A stretch of 24,000 bases of DNA from Paenibacillus sp. HJGM_3. Its GTDB lineage: Bacteria; Bacillota; Bacilli; Paenibacillales; NBRC-103111. Position 1 is the first letter of the stretch; the number at the start of each line of letters is the position of its first letter. Of the stretch, positions 23,021 through 24,000 are shown piece after piece. The stretch is taken from assembly GCF_045062745.1 (NCBI RefSeq), contig NZ_JBJGED010000019.1, positions 53,039 through 77,038 on the forward strand. The letters run 5' to 3'. The notes under the pieces are model-generated. The model searched no databases and was not told the origin of the DNA. It saw only the letters and a program-made list of their open reading frames with translations. A program made the translations under genes and the position numbers.

Positions 23021-24000
23021 TTACAGCTTCATCACGCCGCCGCTGCTGGCGTTGGTGACGAGCGCCGAGTAGCGCGCGAGGTACCCGCGCTTGATCTTCG
23101 GCTCGAAGCCCGGCCATGCGGCACGGCGGCGTTCCAGCTCCTCGTCGCTCACCTCGAGCGTGATCTTGCGGTTGTTCATGTCGAGCTCGATCATATCGCC
23201 GTCATGGACGAAGGCGATCGGGCCGCCCTCGGCCGCTTCCGGCGAGACGTGGCCGATCGAGATGCCGCGGGACGCGCCCGAGAACCGGCCGTCGGTGATC
23301 AGGCCGACCTTCGTGCCGAGGCCCATGCCGACGATCTGCGACGTAGGCGCGAGCATCTCCGGCATCCCCGGGCCGCCCTTAGGCCCTTCGTAGCGGATGA
23401 CGACGACGTGGCCTTCCTTGACCTTGCCGTTCGCGATCCCGGAGAGCGCTTCGTCCTGGGAGTCGAAGCAGATCGCTGGACCGCGGTGGTAGCCGCCGAC
23501 GGACTTGTCGACCGCGCCGACCTTGATGATCGAGCCGCCCGGCGCCAAGTTGCCGAACATGACGGACAGGCCGCCTTCTTTTGAGTGCGGATCCTCGACA
23601 CTCCGGATGACGGTGCCGTCGGTGATCTGGGCATCGATCACGTTCTCGCGCAGCGTGTTGCCCGTTACGGTCAGCACGTCGCCCACGAGCGCGTTGTCTT
23701 TCTTGAACAGCTCGTTGATGATCGCGCTCACGCCTCCGGCGTTGTGCAGGTCTTCAATATGATGGTCCGAAGCCGGAGCGAGCTTGCACAAGTAAGGAAC
23801 CCGCTTCGCGACTTCATTGATCCGCTCGATCGGGTAGTCGATGCCGGCTTCATGCGCCAAGGCCAACGTGTGCAGCACGGTGTTCGTCGAGCCGCCCATC
23901 GCCATGTCGAGGGCGAAGGCATTGTCGATCGAGTCCTTCGTCACGATGTCGCGAGGCTTGATGTCGCGCTTGATCAGCTCCATGAGCTGGGTCGCGGAAC
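23021..24000 (-). CDS. ilvD: Dihydroxy-acid dehydratase, C-terminal ~325 aa; the 5' end lies outside the window
   Basis: The peptide ...[23 protein letters not shown]..., [13 protein letters not shown] and ...[18 protein letters not shown] are canonical IlvD sequence. The frame stays open to the window edge. Confidence 0.95.
   Translation of the reverse strand, partial: SATQLMELIKRDIKPRDIVTKDSIDNAFALDMAMGGSTNTVLHTLALAHEAGIDYPIERINEVAKRVPYLCKLAPASDHHIEDLHNAGGVSAIINELFKKDNALVGDVLTVTGNTLRENVIDAQITDGTVIRSVEDPHSKEGGLSVMFGNLAPGGSIIKVGAVDKSVGGYHRGPAICFDSQDEALSGIANGKVKEGHVVVIRYEGPKGGPGMPEMLAPTSQIVGMGLGTKVGLITDGRFSGASRGISIGHVSPEAAEGGPIAFVHDGDMIELDMNNRKITLEVSDEELERRRAAWPGFEPKIKRGYLARYSALVTNASSGGVMKL

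Noticed and set aside
22271-23634. Several 100-140-aa Arg/Ala-rich ORFs on both strands in the AraC/ilvD region
   Set aside because: These are typical high-GC antisense or out-of-frame ORFs that overlap strongly supported genes.

Overview
This window looks like Firmicute chromosome, probably Paenibacillus-like. That is an inference from SLH- and X2-domain surface proteins, an ahpCF operon with a Per box, an ECF41 sigma factor and about 50% GC.

Gene order, left to right:
- GDPD fragment (+)
- GH-like TIM-barrel protein (-) divergent from a MarR regulator (+)
- a ~340-bp noncoding block of degenerate direct and inverted repeats
- VOC/PhnB-like protein (+)
- ahpF-ahpC (-), with a sigmaA promoter and a Per box
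- ABC1/UbiB-like kinase and a phasin-like coiled-coil protein (-)
- FAD oxidoreductase and an overlapping ECF41-type sigma factor (+), preceded by an exact TGTCACA-N16-CGTC promoter
- a 1400-aa secreted protein (-) with 16 YVTN propeller repeats, 2 X2 modules and 3 SLH domains
- a compositionally heterogeneous accessory segment at ~14.2-21.16 kb
- NAD(P)H quinone-reductase-like gene (-) divergent from an AraC regulator (+)
- 3' part of ilvD (-)

The accessory segment holds a TetR/MFS pair with three operator-like palindromes and an AraC/PhyH-dioxygenase pair. It also holds one intact tRNA-Ala(GGC), two full-length decayed tRNA-Ala copies, an inverted tRNA 3' fragment, apparent gene debris, and an intact large serine recombinase.

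I found no recognisable defence, toxin-antitoxin, CRISPR or biosynthetic system. The items most worth a second look are the tRNA-Ala-derived repeat set with the serine-recombinase island, the 16-blade YVTN/SLH surface protein, the ECF41 module, and the structured repeat block at 2.0-2.3 kb.

All functional calls rest on motif recognition by eye. No database search was possible.
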